A stretch of 64,000 bases of DNA. It comes from an uncultured Clostridia bacterium (lineage in GTDB: Bacteria > Bacillota > Clostridia > TANB77 > CAG-508). The notes below the pieces were generated by a model, which was not told the DNA's origin, did no database searches, and worked only from the letters and a program-made list of their open reading frames with translations. Location: NCBI GenBank assembly GCA_947581825.1, contig CANPVP010000002.1:194777-258776 (forward strand), given 5' to 3'. Of this stretch, positions 12,901-23,800 are shown piece by piece. The first letter of the stretch is position 1. Each line of letters begins with the position of its first letter. The position numbers and the translations under genes were made by a program.

Positions 12901-14748
12901 AAAACAGCTTATACAATAGAAACAGAAAGCTTTAAACTAAATGAACCAACTAAAAAAGGGTATACTTTTAAAGAATGGGTTTTCGAAAACGGAAAAGTTT
13001 TAGAGAATGGAACAATAAAAAAAGGAACAACAGATAATATAAAACTTAAAGCTACATATGAAAAATACATACCTAAGGCACCACAAATAAAATATTTATC
13101 TTTTGATGTTACTGATGATAATGGAAAATTACGTGATGATATAGTTAGTGTTGGAGATAGAGCCTTTTACATTAAAATTCCAGGTAGTGGTAAAATTAAT
13201 ATTAATACCTTAAAAATCGCAACAGATATTCCAATAACTTTAAATAGTAAAGCAAAGCCAGGTGCTACACCTAATTGCAAATACTTAACACCAGATAATA
13301 TTTCAGAAGATGGTAAATCTGGAGAGGTTTTCTTTTCATATAGCATGGGAATATCAACGAAAATAAAAAGTGATGATGGAATAAATTGGACAAATGCTGG
13401 AGAAAAAGATTTTACAGTTAATACTTCACTATTCAAAACAATGTTTACGAGTGTAGGTAAACAATTAGCTATTGCTCAAGGTTTTGGAATTAGTGAAGAT
13501 GGATTAGAAACACCATGCTATGTTTCAAATGTAATATACGTAGGTGATGATTCATACATGTTATTTAAAGAAGAAGGACTTCCAGATATTAATATAAAAT
13601 TTTTAAATGGAGAGCAAGAAATAAAAAATATAACTATTCCAAAAGGATCTACTATACCTAATATAGGTCCAAATGTTGTAGTAAATAAAGAATTTGTTAA
13701 CTGGTGTTCTGACAAAGAACTTAAAAATGTAGCAGACTTTAACAAACCAGTATATGAGGATACTGTTTTATATGCAAAATATACAGATTATAAAATAGAT
13801 ACATCTTGGTACGATGGCCATGAAAATGAAAATTCATACAATATATCTACCTTAGAACAATTAAGAGGGGTATCAGAATTAGCAACTAATAAGAAGGTTA
13901 CTTTTAAAGACAAAACAATAAATTTAGCAAATGATATAGATTTGAAAAATGAAAATTGGTCACCTATTGTAGGATTTTCGGGAACCTTTAATGGAAATGG
14001 ACACACAATTCGCAATCTTAAAATTAAAGAAAATGCTCAAAAAGGAAATATTGGTTTCTTTTCATATGTAAATGAGGCAAAGATAAGTAATCTAAGATTT
14101 GACACAGTAAATATAGATGCGACAGAAGGAAATTGTATGGGAGTTGGAACTGTTTGTGGAGAGAGTAGAGCTTCAACTCTAGAAAAAATTCTTGTTAAAA
14201 ATATTTCAATAGCTAGTAAAACTGAAACAGGAGGAATTGTGGGAGTAGATTACAATGGTACTATTTCAGAATGTGAAACAATAGATGGTAAAATAACAAA
14301 CCAAAAGAACGTGGGAACTAGTGGTATATTAGGAAAAGGTAATAATACAACATCACTTACAAATATATACTCAAATTTGGATATAACTGCAAATTGTAGT
14401 TCATTTGTATGCGATGTTGCAGGAATAATAGGAGATTATGACTGGTCATCAAAATATGGTAAAGAAAAAACAACTATGAAAAATTTATTGTATACAGGAA
14501 AAATAACTCTCATAGGCGATGATGATGAATCTGCAATCAAACATTCAGGAATACATGGATGGTGTACTGGAATTGGTAATACAAATAAAGAAACATGGCT
14601 ATTTGATAGTACTAAAAATGAAAAAGCTAATGAAGGTACAAAAAAGACAACAGAAGAGCTAAAAAAGGCTGAAACATATTCTGGATGGGATACTAATATT
14701 TGGAACATAGTAGAAGGACAATATCCTACTTTAAAAATATTTAAGTAA
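9967..14748 (+). CDS. giant surface protein 1: MucBP-like / Listeria-Bacteroides (InlB B-repeat) modules, conserved beta-rich module and C-terminal GLUG-like domain
   Basis: 1593 aa with an N-terminal signal anchor. About nine tandem ~180 aa units (YTVKHYKM..DG..Y..PE.E.KTG......P..K.Y.GFT.P..Q.V.I..DG...V.YYY.RNKYKLE... then ...GEYYYE.E..I.AK...GY.FD.WKD). A 230-aa module is shared with the other two paralogs. The tail has GLUG-type motifs (GFFSY.., TGGIVGV). No LPXTG. Confidence 0.85.
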   Translation: MRKKIISIIVVMLLIISSGIVYFYFANENRTFFANINSISATNVANTKFEKIKNIDRTENNTKEKYKLEDKNSYLNNESMNQIANNKNTELISNINNAKAIMNGATAYTVKHYKMKTDGKTYAAPEVEIETGTANTYVIPQVKEYVGFSAPKTQSVKIEADGSTVVEYYYTRNKHKLELSANTGISEVTGAGEYYYGQIVPISAKVVEGYSFRYWIDNNNNKCQDIEVKIKIADRDMSFTANAKPDKNVPYKVEHYKMNVDGTTDSKPFATEDKTGKTDELVTPEVKIYKGFTSPQTQTVKVNEDGSTVVKYYYTRNKYKLELIAGAGIEDVYGTGEYYYEQEIEISAKPAYGYKFDKWVYDTGKTCEDATTKIKIGTRNVMMVANAEINPNMPYTIKHYKMKLDGITYADPEIETKTGKTFSTVTAPVKNYEGFTAPEAQGVTITPDGKAEVKYYYKRNKYKLEVKTNKGIAGTTGTGEYYYEAEVPIDAKAEKGYEFDYWKDDSGKTIKEKNAKIKISAKDTTVTAYSKLSENTPYTIKYYKMKLDGTTYADPETENKTGKTLSTVTAPVKKYDGFTAPEAQKVTITADGKAEVKYYYKRNKYKLEVKANTGISATTGTGEYYYEAEVMIDAKADKGYEFDYWKDDSGKTIKEKNTKIKIGAKNATVTAYSKPSDNTKYTILHYKMNIDGTYAKPETENKTGKTLSTVTAPVKNYEGFTAPETQKVTINADGSTEVKYYYKRNKYKLTLKKGEGISEVTGTGEYYYEAEASINAIPTNGYTFDCWKYDDGKTVKEKNAKIKIVAKDMTLTANAKQNGPGQYTIEHYKNIPGGNQYFVCETEVKTGIIGSIVKPETKKYEGFTSPKTQEITIGADGKTVVKYYYTRNKYAVNLVANKGIEKVYGTGEYYYETEIPISAQVSKGYRFDCWKDDKGNTENNINGRVRIGAGDATITANAKAISYKIEYDLDGGTVATPNKTAYTIETESFKLNEPTKKGYTFKEWVFENGKVLENGTIKKGTTDNIKLKATYEKYIPKAPQIKYLSFDVTDDNGKLRDDIVSVGDRAFYIKIPGSGKININTLKIATDIPITLNSKAKPGATPNCKYLTPDNISEDGKSGEVFFSYSMGISTKIKSDDGINWTNAGEKDFTVNTSLFKTMFTSVGKQLAIAQGFGISEDGLETPCYVSNVIYVGDDSYMLFKEEGLPDINIKFLNGEQEIKNITIPKGSTIPNIGPNVVVNKEFVNWCSDKELKNVADFNKPVYEDTVLYAKYTDYKIDTSWYDGHENENSYNISTLEQLRGVSELATNKKVTFKDKTINLANDIDLKNENWSPIVGFSGTFNGNGHTIRNLKIKENAQKGNIGFFSYVNEAKISNLRFDTVNIDATEGNCMGVGTVCGESRASTLEKILVKNISIASKTETGGIVGVDYNGTISECETIDGKITNQKNVGTSGILGKGNNTTSLTNIYSNLDITANCSSFVCDVAGIIGDYDWSSKYGKEKTTMKNLLYTGKITLIGDDDESAIKHSGIHGWCTGIGNTNKETWLFDSTKNEKANEGTKKTTEELKKAETYSGWDTNIWNIVEGQYPTLKIFK

Positions 14749-14773
14749 TATCTAAACCGAATAATTTAAATAA

Positions 14774-14806
14774 AAACTAAGATTTTCTTAAAAATCTTAG
14801 TTTTTT
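14774..14806 (+). terminator. terminator after giant gene 1
   Basis: aaactaagatttt..aaaatcttagttt followed by a T-run. Confidence 0.6.
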
Positions 14807-15103
14807 ATATAGTAGGAATTTTCTCTTTCAAAGAAAGAGAAAAGCTCAATTTACATAAATATAAAAAGTAAAAATTTAATATGGAGTTAAAGATAAATAA
14901 ATATAAAAGATAAAATTAATTAACATAAAAAAGTAAAAAAAAACAGTTTTTTATTGAAAAAATAAGAAATATGTGATATTATGTTGGATACATAATGGGT
15001 GGATTGCATAAAAATGGAAATTTACTATGCAATTTTAGTCAAAAAATAATGAAAATATATTAGTATAAGAATATTTTATGAAAATTATTGAAGGGAGTTT
15101 TAT

Positions 15104-18100
15104 ATGAACAAGAAATTAATATCAATGATAGGTGTAGTATTACTAATTATTTGTTCTAGCGCAGTATGTTTGAGCTTTGGAATAGAAACCTTATCATTTA
15201 ACAATATGCAAGGAACAAATATAAAAAATGAAACACTTGAAAAAATCGAAGAAAGAGCGTCAAACTTAAATAATTCAGAAGCTTTTAGATTTAACTTTAA
15301 CAATATAATAAAAGCTAATGAAACTGCAACATATACAGTGAAACACTATAAGATGAAAACAGATGGAGAAACATATGCAGATCCAGAAGTAGAAACAAAA
15401 GAAGGATTAGCGGGTACATTAGTATCTCCAGAAACAAAAGAATACAAAGGATTTACTAGCCCAAAAGTTCAAACAGTAAAAGTTGAAGCAGATGGTAGTA
15501 CAGTAGTAGAATATCGTTATGAAAGAAATAAATACAAATTAGAATTAATAGCAAGCACAGGAATAACAGATGTAATAGGCACAGGAGAATTCTATTATGG
15601 ACAAATAGTTCCAATAAGTGCTGAGGTAGCAGAAGGATATTCATTTAGAAATTGGATAGATAGCAATAATAAAGCTTGTACAGATTCAGAAATTAAAATA
15701 AAAATATCTGATAGAGACATGAGTTTTACAGCAAATGCAAAACCAAATAAAGGTATACCATATATAGTTAAACACTATAAAATGAATGTAGATGGAAAAA
15801 CATATTCAGACCCATTCATAGAATATAAAACAGGAAAGACAGATGAAATGGTAACACCAGAAGTAAAAATATACAAAGGATTTACTTCACCAGAAACTAA
15901 AACTGCAAAAGTTAATTTAGACGGAAGTACAGTGATAGAGTATTACTATACAAGAAATAAATATAAATTAGAATTATTAGCTAATACGGGAATAGAAGAA
16001 GTAAAAGGCACAGGAGAATATTATTATGAACAAGAAGTAGAAATAAGTGCTAAACCAGCAGAAGGTTTTGATTTTGATAAATGGGTATATGATATTGGTA
16101 GAACTTGTGAAGATGCAACAGTTAAAGTAAAAATTGGAACAAGAAATGTAATGATGGTAGCAAATGCTAAAGCAAAAGAAGAAGTATCATATACAGTAAA
16201 ACATTACAAAATGAATTTAGATGGTAAAACTTTTGAAACTCCTGAAGTAGAGACAAAAAAAGGAACAGCAAATAAAGAAGTAACACCAGAAGTAAAACAA
16301 TACGAAGGATTTACATCACCAGAATTAAAAACAGTAACAATAAGTCCAAATGGAAATACAGTTGTAGAATATTATTATACAAGAAATAAATATAAATTAG
16401 AATTAAAAGCAAACGAAGGAATATCAGAAGTAAAAGGGGCAGGAGAATATTATTACGAAACAGAAGTAGAAATAAGTGCTAAAGTAAAAGAAGGTTATAT
16501 TTTTGACTGCTGGAAAGATGCAAATGGTGGAAACAGTAAAAATATTAATGCTAAAGTAAAAATAGGAGCTAAAGATGCAGTTATAGAAGCTAATGCAGTA
16601 ATAGATAAAAGCATCACATATAAAATAACTTATGATGCAAATGGTGGAACAGCAGTTGCTGAACAAACAGTATCATTTGGTGATAAGATTATTAAACCAA
16701 AAGATCCAACTCGTAATGGTTATAAATTTGTAGGTTGGTATGTTAACTTAACAGATAAAGAAGCTTTTGACTTTGATAAAGCAACAGCAACACAAAATAT
16801 TACATTACATGCAAAATGGGAAGCAAATAAATATACAGTAAAATTTAATGCAAATGGTGGTCAAGGAACAATGGCAGATCAACAATTTACATATGACCAA
16901 GAAGGAACATTAAATGCCAATAGTTATGTAAGAGAAGGTTATACATTTGCAGGTTGGAGCGAAACAGCAGATGGAACAGTAAAATATGTAAATGGAGCAA
17001 AGGTAAAGAACTTAGCAGAAAGTGGAAATAAAATATTATATGCAGTATGGACACCAATACAAAAATATACAATAACATATGATTCAAAAGGTGGAACAGC
17101 AGTAGATAAGAAAGAAGTTATATCTGGAGCAAAAGCAACAATGCCAACAGCACCAACACGTAAAGGATACACATTTAAAGCTTGGTATATTGATGCAGAA
17201 TATAAAACAGCATTTGATTTTAATACAGCAATAACAAAAAATATAACACTTTATGCAAAATGGGAAGCAAATAAATATACAGTAAAATTTAATGCAAATG
17301 GTGGTCAAGGAACAATGGCAGATCAACAATTTACATATGACCAAGAAGCAACATTAAATGCAAATAGCTTTACAAGAGAAGGTTATACATTTGCAGGTTG
17401 GAGCGAAACAGCAAATGAAACAGTAAAATATGTAAATGGAGCAAAGGTAAAGAACCTAGCAGAAGGTGGAAATAAAGCATTATATGCAGTATGGAAACAA
17501 AATAGAAAATATACAATAACATTTAATGCTAATAATGGAACAGATGCTAAAGCAGAACAAGTAATTGATTTTAATAAGGAAGTAAAATTAAATAAAAATA
17601 CTTTTAAAGAAGAATTTACTATTACATATAACTATAATAATACTGATAAAAAAATTGAAACAGAAAAAGTTAATAGCAAATTCCTTGGTTGGTCAACAGA
17701 AAAAGATGGAGAAGTTAAATATAAAGATGAAGCTAATATAAAAGCGGTTGATAATAGCAAAGAAGATTCAATAAATTTATATGCTAAATGGGAAAAACCA
17801 ACAATAACACTTAGAAAAGTTGATAATACTACTAATACTAAGTTCCTTGGATGGAGCACTTCTGATAAAAAAGAAAATATAATTTCAGAAAATACTACTT
17901 ATACAGTAGTAGGTAATATAACATTAACAGCTATTTGGGAAAAAATCGTTCCTCAAGAGGCTCCTAAGATTGAATCAATATCATTTGTCGTTAAAGATGA
18001 ACAAGGACAGACACATAGAGAAGAAGCTATAGTGGGAGATGAAGTATTTTTCGTAAAATTCCCAGAAGAATATGAAATAGATTTAGCATCAATTATGATA

Positions 18101-20782
18101 AAAACAAATACACCTGTTAGATTAAATGATAAAGCTGTATCATCTAAAGGTTATGTTGATATTACATCAGAAGTATATGATAAAGAAGGAAGATCAGGTT
18201 GCCTAAAATTAATGGGATTTAGTGCATTATTAGTAAATAGTAAAGATGGTATCACATGGGAATCTACAGATAGCGAGTTATATATAACATTAGATATGCT
18301 AAACACTTTATTAGATAATCAAAATTTAGGAGTTGCAAAAGGATTTGCAAAAACAGATGATGGACAAGAAACTCCTCATTATATTAGTAATATGGAACAA
18401 TTCCAAACAGGAGATACATATTTATATTTCTATAAAGAAGATGCAAAAAAAGTAAAAATTGAATTAAAAAACGGAGAAAATAATAGCTATACAACAACAA
18501 TTCCTCAAGGAGGAGTACTTCCAGAAAATATAGGTAAAGTAGAAAAAGACTTCGAAGGCTGGTATACAGATGCAAATTACACTAAGAAATTTGATTTTAG
18601 CAAACCAGTAAATAATGATACAATTTTATATGCTAAATACAAAGAACCAGAAAAAGAAATTTATACAGTAACATATGATTCAAAAGGTGGAACAGCAGTT
18701 GCTGAACAAAAAATAACATCTGGAGAAAAAACAACAGCACCAACAGCACCAACACGTAAAGGATACACATTTAATGGCTGGTATAGTGATGCAGAATATA
18801 AGACAACATTTAACTTTAATACAGCAATAACAAAAAATATAACACTTTATGCAAAATGGGAAGCAAATAAATACACAGTTAAATTTGATGCAAATGGTGG
18901 TCAAGGAAAAATGGAAGATCAACAATTTGCATATGACCAAGAAGGTAATTTAAATAATAATACATTTACAAGAACAGGATATACATTTGCAGGTTGGGGA
19001 GAAACAAAAGAAGCTCAAACAGCCAAATACGCAAATGGAGAAAAAGTAAAAAATTTAGCTGAAAGTGGAAACAAAACATTATATGCAGTATGGACACAAA
19101 ATCAAAATTATACAGTAAAATTTGATTCAAAAGGTGGAACATCAGTTACTGAACAAAAAGTAGCATCTGGAGCAAAAGCAACAACTCCAACAGCACCAAC
19201 ACGTAAAGGATATACATTTAAAGGATGGTATAAAGATAATAATTATAAAGAAGAGTTTAAATTTGATACACCAGTAACACAAAACCTTACTCTTTATGCA
19301 AAATGGGAAGCAAATAAATACGCAATTAAGTTTGATTCAAATGGCGGAACAGGAACAATGAATGACCAACAATTTACTTACGACCAAGAAGGAAACTTAA
19401 ATAATAATAGCTTTACAAGAGAAGGCTATACATTTGCAGGTTGGAGTGATACAGCAAGTGGAACAGTAAAATATGAAAATAAAGCAAAAGTAAAAAATCT
19501 AGCAGAGAGTGGAAGCAAAACATTATATGCGGTATGGACACAAAATAGAAAATATACAATAATATTTAATGCTAATAACGGAACAAATACCACAACTCAA
19601 CAAGTAATCGATTATGATAAAGAAGTAATTTTAAATAAAAATACATTTAAAGAAGAATTTACTGTTACATATAAAAATGATAAGGATAATCAACAAAACA
19701 ATAAAACAGAAAAAATTAGCAGTACATTCTTAGGTTGGTCAATAGTAAAAGATGGAGATGTTAAATATAAAGATCAAGCAAAAGTAAAAGCTGTTGATAT
19801 GAATAATGATAATTCAATAACTTTATATGCTAAATGGCAGAAACCAACAATAAAAATTGAAAAACTTAGCGATACAGAACAATACAAATTCCTTGGTTGG
19901 AGCAAAACAGCTAATAAAAATGATTTAATATCAGAAAATACTGATTATACAGTAGTAGGAAATGTAACTTTAACAGCTATGTGGGAAGAAATAAAACAAC
20001 CAGATAATCCACCAACACCTGTTGAACCTAGAATAGTAGACATATCATTTGAGATAAAAGATAAAAATGGAACAGTTAAAAGACAAAATGCTGTAGTTTG
20101 TGCAGATGATGTATTCTATGTATGTTTGCCAGAAGGATGTTCTGTAAATGTAGCTTCAATCAATTTAAAAACAAATACACCAATTCAATTAAATGCAAAT
20201 GCAAAAACAACTAAAAGAACAGATATTGCATTAAAAAATTGTAGTGAAGATGGAAGAACAGGAAGTTTATCAGTAATGGATATGGATGTTATGACAATAC
20301 AAAGTGAAGATGGTATGCTTTGGGTTTCTTCTGACAGTGAAGAATCATATTTTGACTTATCATTGTTAAAATTGGCGTTATCAATGAAACCAGGTGCTTC
20401 TATAGGAATAGTAGAAGGATTTGGAATAACAGATAATGGAAAGAACACACCTCGTTATGATAGTGCAATTAAAACAGACCATGCAGGAAATGTATATTTA
20501 TATTTCTATAAAACCGGAACAGAAACTGTAAAAGTAACATGGGTAAATAATGGGGAGAAAATTGAAAATACAATACCTAAAGGAGGAAAACTTCCAAAAC
20601 GTATAGGTGTGGAAGAAACAGGATTTGACGAATGGTATTCTGATGATAAGTATACTAAAAAATTTGATTTTGAAAAACCAATAACTGAGGATACAGTTTT
20701 ATATGCTAAATATAATAATAGTAAAAAAGCGAGTGCTGTAGCATATGCTGGAGTTAAAATGATTGGATTATTTAATCAATAA
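15104..20782 (+). CDS. giant surface protein 2 (paralog) with many canonical Listeria-Bacteroides repeats
   Basis: 1892 aa. The N-terminal 400 aa are paralogous to giant 1. It has more than 10 Flg_new-type repeats (YTITYD.NGG......V..G.K...P..PTRKGYTF.GWY.D..Y...F.F.T.IT.N.TLYAKW). The conserved 230-aa module is present twice. Confidence 0.85.
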   Translation: MNKKLISMIGVVLLIICSSAVCLSFGIETLSFNNMQGTNIKNETLEKIEERASNLNNSEAFRFNFNNIIKANETATYTVKHYKMKTDGETYADPEVETKEGLAGTLVSPETKEYKGFTSPKVQTVKVEADGSTVVEYRYERNKYKLELIASTGITDVIGTGEFYYGQIVPISAEVAEGYSFRNWIDSNNKACTDSEIKIKISDRDMSFTANAKPNKGIPYIVKHYKMNVDGKTYSDPFIEYKTGKTDEMVTPEVKIYKGFTSPETKTAKVNLDGSTVIEYYYTRNKYKLELLANTGIEEVKGTGEYYYEQEVEISAKPAEGFDFDKWVYDIGRTCEDATVKVKIGTRNVMMVANAKAKEEVSYTVKHYKMNLDGKTFETPEVETKKGTANKEVTPEVKQYEGFTSPELKTVTISPNGNTVVEYYYTRNKYKLELKANEGISEVKGAGEYYYETEVEISAKVKEGYIFDCWKDANGGNSKNINAKVKIGAKDAVIEANAVIDKSITYKITYDANGGTAVAEQTVSFGDKIIKPKDPTRNGYKFVGWYVNLTDKEAFDFDKATATQNITLHAKWEANKYTVKFNANGGQGTMADQQFTYDQEGTLNANSYVREGYTFAGWSETADGTVKYVNGAKVKNLAESGNKILYAVWTPIQKYTITYDSKGGTAVDKKEVISGAKATMPTAPTRKGYTFKAWYIDAEYKTAFDFNTAITKNITLYAKWEANKYTVKFNANGGQGTMADQQFTYDQEATLNANSFTREGYTFAGWSETANETVKYVNGAKVKNLAEGGNKALYAVWKQNRKYTITFNANNGTDAKAEQVIDFNKEVKLNKNTFKEEFTITYNYNNTDKKIETEKVNSKFLGWSTEKDGEVKYKDEANIKAVDNSKEDSINLYAKWEKPTITLRKVDNTTNTKFLGWSTSDKKENIISENTTYTVVGNITLTAIWEKIVPQEAPKIESISFVVKDEQGQTHREEAIVGDEVFFVKFPEEYEIDLASIMIKTNTPVRLNDKAVSSKGYVDITSEVYDKEGRSGCLKLMGFSALLVNSKDGITWESTDSELYITLDMLNTLLDNQNLGVAKGFAKTDDGQETPHYISNMEQFQTGDTYLYFYKEDAKKVKIELKNGENNSYTTTIPQGGVLPENIGKVEKDFEGWYTDANYTKKFDFSKPVNNDTILYAKYKEPEKEIYTVTYDSKGGTAVAEQKITSGEKTTAPTAPTRKGYTFNGWYSDAEYKTTFNFNTAITKNITLYAKWEANKYTVKFDANGGQGKMEDQQFAYDQEGNLNNNTFTRTGYTFAGWGETKEAQTAKYANGEKVKNLAESGNKTLYAVWTQNQNYTVKFDSKGGTSVTEQKVASGAKATTPTAPTRKGYTFKGWYKDNNYKEEFKFDTPVTQNLTLYAKWEANKYAIKFDSNGGTGTMNDQQFTYDQEGNLNNNSFTREGYTFAGWSDTASGTVKYENKAKVKNLAESGSKTLYAVWTQNRKYTIIFNANNGTNTTTQQVIDYDKEVILNKNTFKEEFTVTYKNDKDNQQNNKTEKISSTFLGWSIVKDGDVKYKDQAKVKAVDMNNDNSITLYAKWQKPTIKIEKLSDTEQYKFLGWSKTANKNDLISENTDYTVVGNVTLTAMWEEIKQPDNPPTPVEPRIVDISFEIKDKNGTVKRQNAVVCADDVFYVCLPEGCSVNVASINLKTNTPIQLNANAKTTKRTDIALKNCSEDGRTGSLSVMDMDVMTIQSEDGMLWVSSDSEESYFDLSLLKLALSMKPGASIGIVEGFGITDNGKNTPRYDSAIKTDHAGNVYLYFYKTGTETVKVTWVNNGEKIENTIPKGGKLPKRIGVEETGFDEWYSDDKYTKKFDFEKPITEDTVLYAKYNNSKKASAVAYAGVKMIGLFNQ

Positions 20783-20806
20783 TATATAATTTAAAGGAGG
20801 ATAAAA

Positions 20807-23800
20807 ATGAACAAAAAGTTAATCTCTATAGCTGTTATTGGATTATTAATTATTTGTTCAACATTTGGAGCTCTATGCTTTGTGGTTAAAAAAAATTCAA
20901 CTGTAAGTATTACTTTTGATAGTAATGGTGGGACGAGTGTAAGTAGTCAGGCATTAAAAAAAGGAGAAAAAGTAGAAAAACCAGAAGACCCACAAAAAAG
21001 TGGATATGAATTTGAAGGATGGTATAAAGATTTAAATGACGAAAAAGCATTTGATTTTAATACCGAAATAAAGGATGATGAAACCTTAGTTGCTAAATGG
21101 TCTGAAATATACCAAAAGGATAATAACGGCTTTTTTACAAATAGTTCAACTAGTCAAACACAACAAAATGAAAACAATAATCAAAGTTTAGATTCAAATC
21201 TTCTAGACATAGTAGGCAATTCAACATATACAGTGAAACATTATAAAATGAACTTAGATGGAACTACATATGCAGAACCTGAAGTAGAAACAAAAACAGG
21301 AAAAATCAATGATAAAGTAACACCAGAAGTAAAACAATATGCAGGATTTACAGCACCAAATACTCAAACTGTTTTTGTAAATAATAATGGAAGTACTGTT
21401 GTAGATTATTACTATACAAGGAATAAATATACGGTTAATCTAGTTATGGGTGAAGGAATTTCAGAAATTAATGGTGCAGGAACATATTATTACGAGCAAG
21501 AAGTTCCAATTAGTGCTAAAGTTTCAAATGGATATACATTTAATTATTGGGTTGATGATAATCAAAATAAGAACCAAAATAGTGAACTAAGTTTAAAAAT
21601 AGGAACAAGTGATATAAATATAATCGCAATGGCAAAACCAGTAAGTAATATTGCATCTGAAACAAATTCGAATGAAACACAATATAACAGCACATCATCA
21701 GACCAAACAACATCAAACTATAATGAACAAAACCAAAATAATAGTAGCAATAACAATAGTAATAGCAATAGTAATAGTAATAGTAATCAAAACAATAATA
21801 GCAATTCATCTAATAAAATAACAAGTAAACCACAACAAAATACAACAAACAGTAATAGTAGTAGTGGACAAGCTGTAACTGTAACATCAGATGCTAATAA
21901 AGATACTACATATATAGTAAAACACTATAAAATGAATGTAGATGGAAAAACATACGGAAAACCAGAAACAGAAACAAAGAATGGAAAAGTTGGTAGATCT
22001 GTAACTCCAGATGTAAAAGTATATGAAGGATTTACATCACCAAACACAAAAACAGTAAAGATAGATAAAAATGGAAAAACAGTAGTAAAATATTACTACA
22101 AGAGAAATCAGTATAAACTAGATTTAAAAGCTAATAATGGAATATCAGAAGTAATAGGCTCAGGAACATATTATTATGGTCAAGAAGTAAAAATAAAAGC
22201 TAAAGCAGATTTAGGATACGTATTTAATTATTGGGAAGATGAATTTGGAAACCATAGTAAAAAGAATGAGAGTACAGTAAGAATTGGTGCAAAGAATAGT
22301 ATTATAACAGCAAATGGAAAATTAGATGAAAACATACCATACACAGTAAAACACTATAAAATGAATGTGGATGGTAAAACTTATGGAATTCCAGATATAG
22401 AGACTAAAAAAGGAACAATGGATGAAGAAGTAACACCAGCTGTAAAGAAATATGAAGGATTCACGGCACCAGATAAACAAACTGTTAAAATAAGTGCTAA
22501 AGGAAATACAGTAGTAGAATATTATTATACTAGAAATAAATATGAATTAGCTTTAGAAGCTAATGAAGGAATTGAAAAAGTAACTGGAGCAGGAACATAT
22601 TATTATGGACAACAAGTAACTTTAAAAGCAGAAGTTAAATCAGGATATATATTTGACTATTGGGAAGATGAATTTGGAAATCATAGTAATAAAACAGAAG
22701 TTACAGTAAAAATAGGTGCAGGTGATAGCACTATAACTGCAAACGCTAAACTTGATAAGAATGTTCAATATCAAGTAAAACACTATAAAATGAACGTAGA
22801 TGGTAAAACATATGCAGAACCAGAAATAGAAAAGAAAAAAGGAAATATTAAGAAGGAAGTAACACCTGCTGTAAAGAAATATGAAGGTTTCACATCACCA
22901 AAAACTCAAACAGTAAAAATAGATGGTAATGGAAAAACAGTAATAGAATATTACTATACAAGAAATCGATATAAGTTAGAATTAAAGAAGAATAAAGGAA
23001 TAGAAGAAGTAAAGGGAAGCGGAACATATTATTACGAAGAAGAAGTTACAATAAAAGCTATAGCACAAGAAGGATATAAATTTGATTATTGGAAAGCAGG
23101 AGAAAACGAAAAATATTTAACAGCAGAAGCAAAAATAAAAATGGGAGCAAAGGATAAAACAATAACTGCTAATGCTAAAATTAGAGAATATACAATAACA
23201 TATGATGCAAATGGCGGAACAACTAAAGAGCCAAAACAAGAATTATCATATGGAACTAAATTGGCAAAACCAAAGAATCCAACTAGAAAAGGATATACTT
23301 TCTTAGGATGGTATGCTGATTTAAAAGATGAAACAACCTTTAACTTTGATACAACTATGCCTAAAAAAGACTTTACTTTATATGCAAAATGGAAAGCAAA
23401 TGAGTATACAATTGTGTTTAATTCAAATGGCGGAAAAGGAAAAATGGACAATCAAGAATTCACTTACGACAAAGAAGCTAAATTAAACCAAAACAAATTC
23501 ACAAAGGAACATTACACATTTGCAGGTTGGAGTGAAACAGCAAAAGGAAAAGTTCAATATAAAGATAAACAAGAAGTAAAGAATGTAGCAGAAAATGGAA
23601 AGAAAAATCTATATGCAATATGGACTCCAGTAAAATATAAAATCACATATGATTTAGATGGTGGTAAAGAAACTAGCAAAAATAAAACGGAATATACAAT
23701 AGAAGATAGCTTTAAACTAAATCCACCAACAAAAGATGGATATGTATTTAAAGAATGGATTTTAAAAGACAAAACAGTTCTAAAAGATGCAACAATAAAG

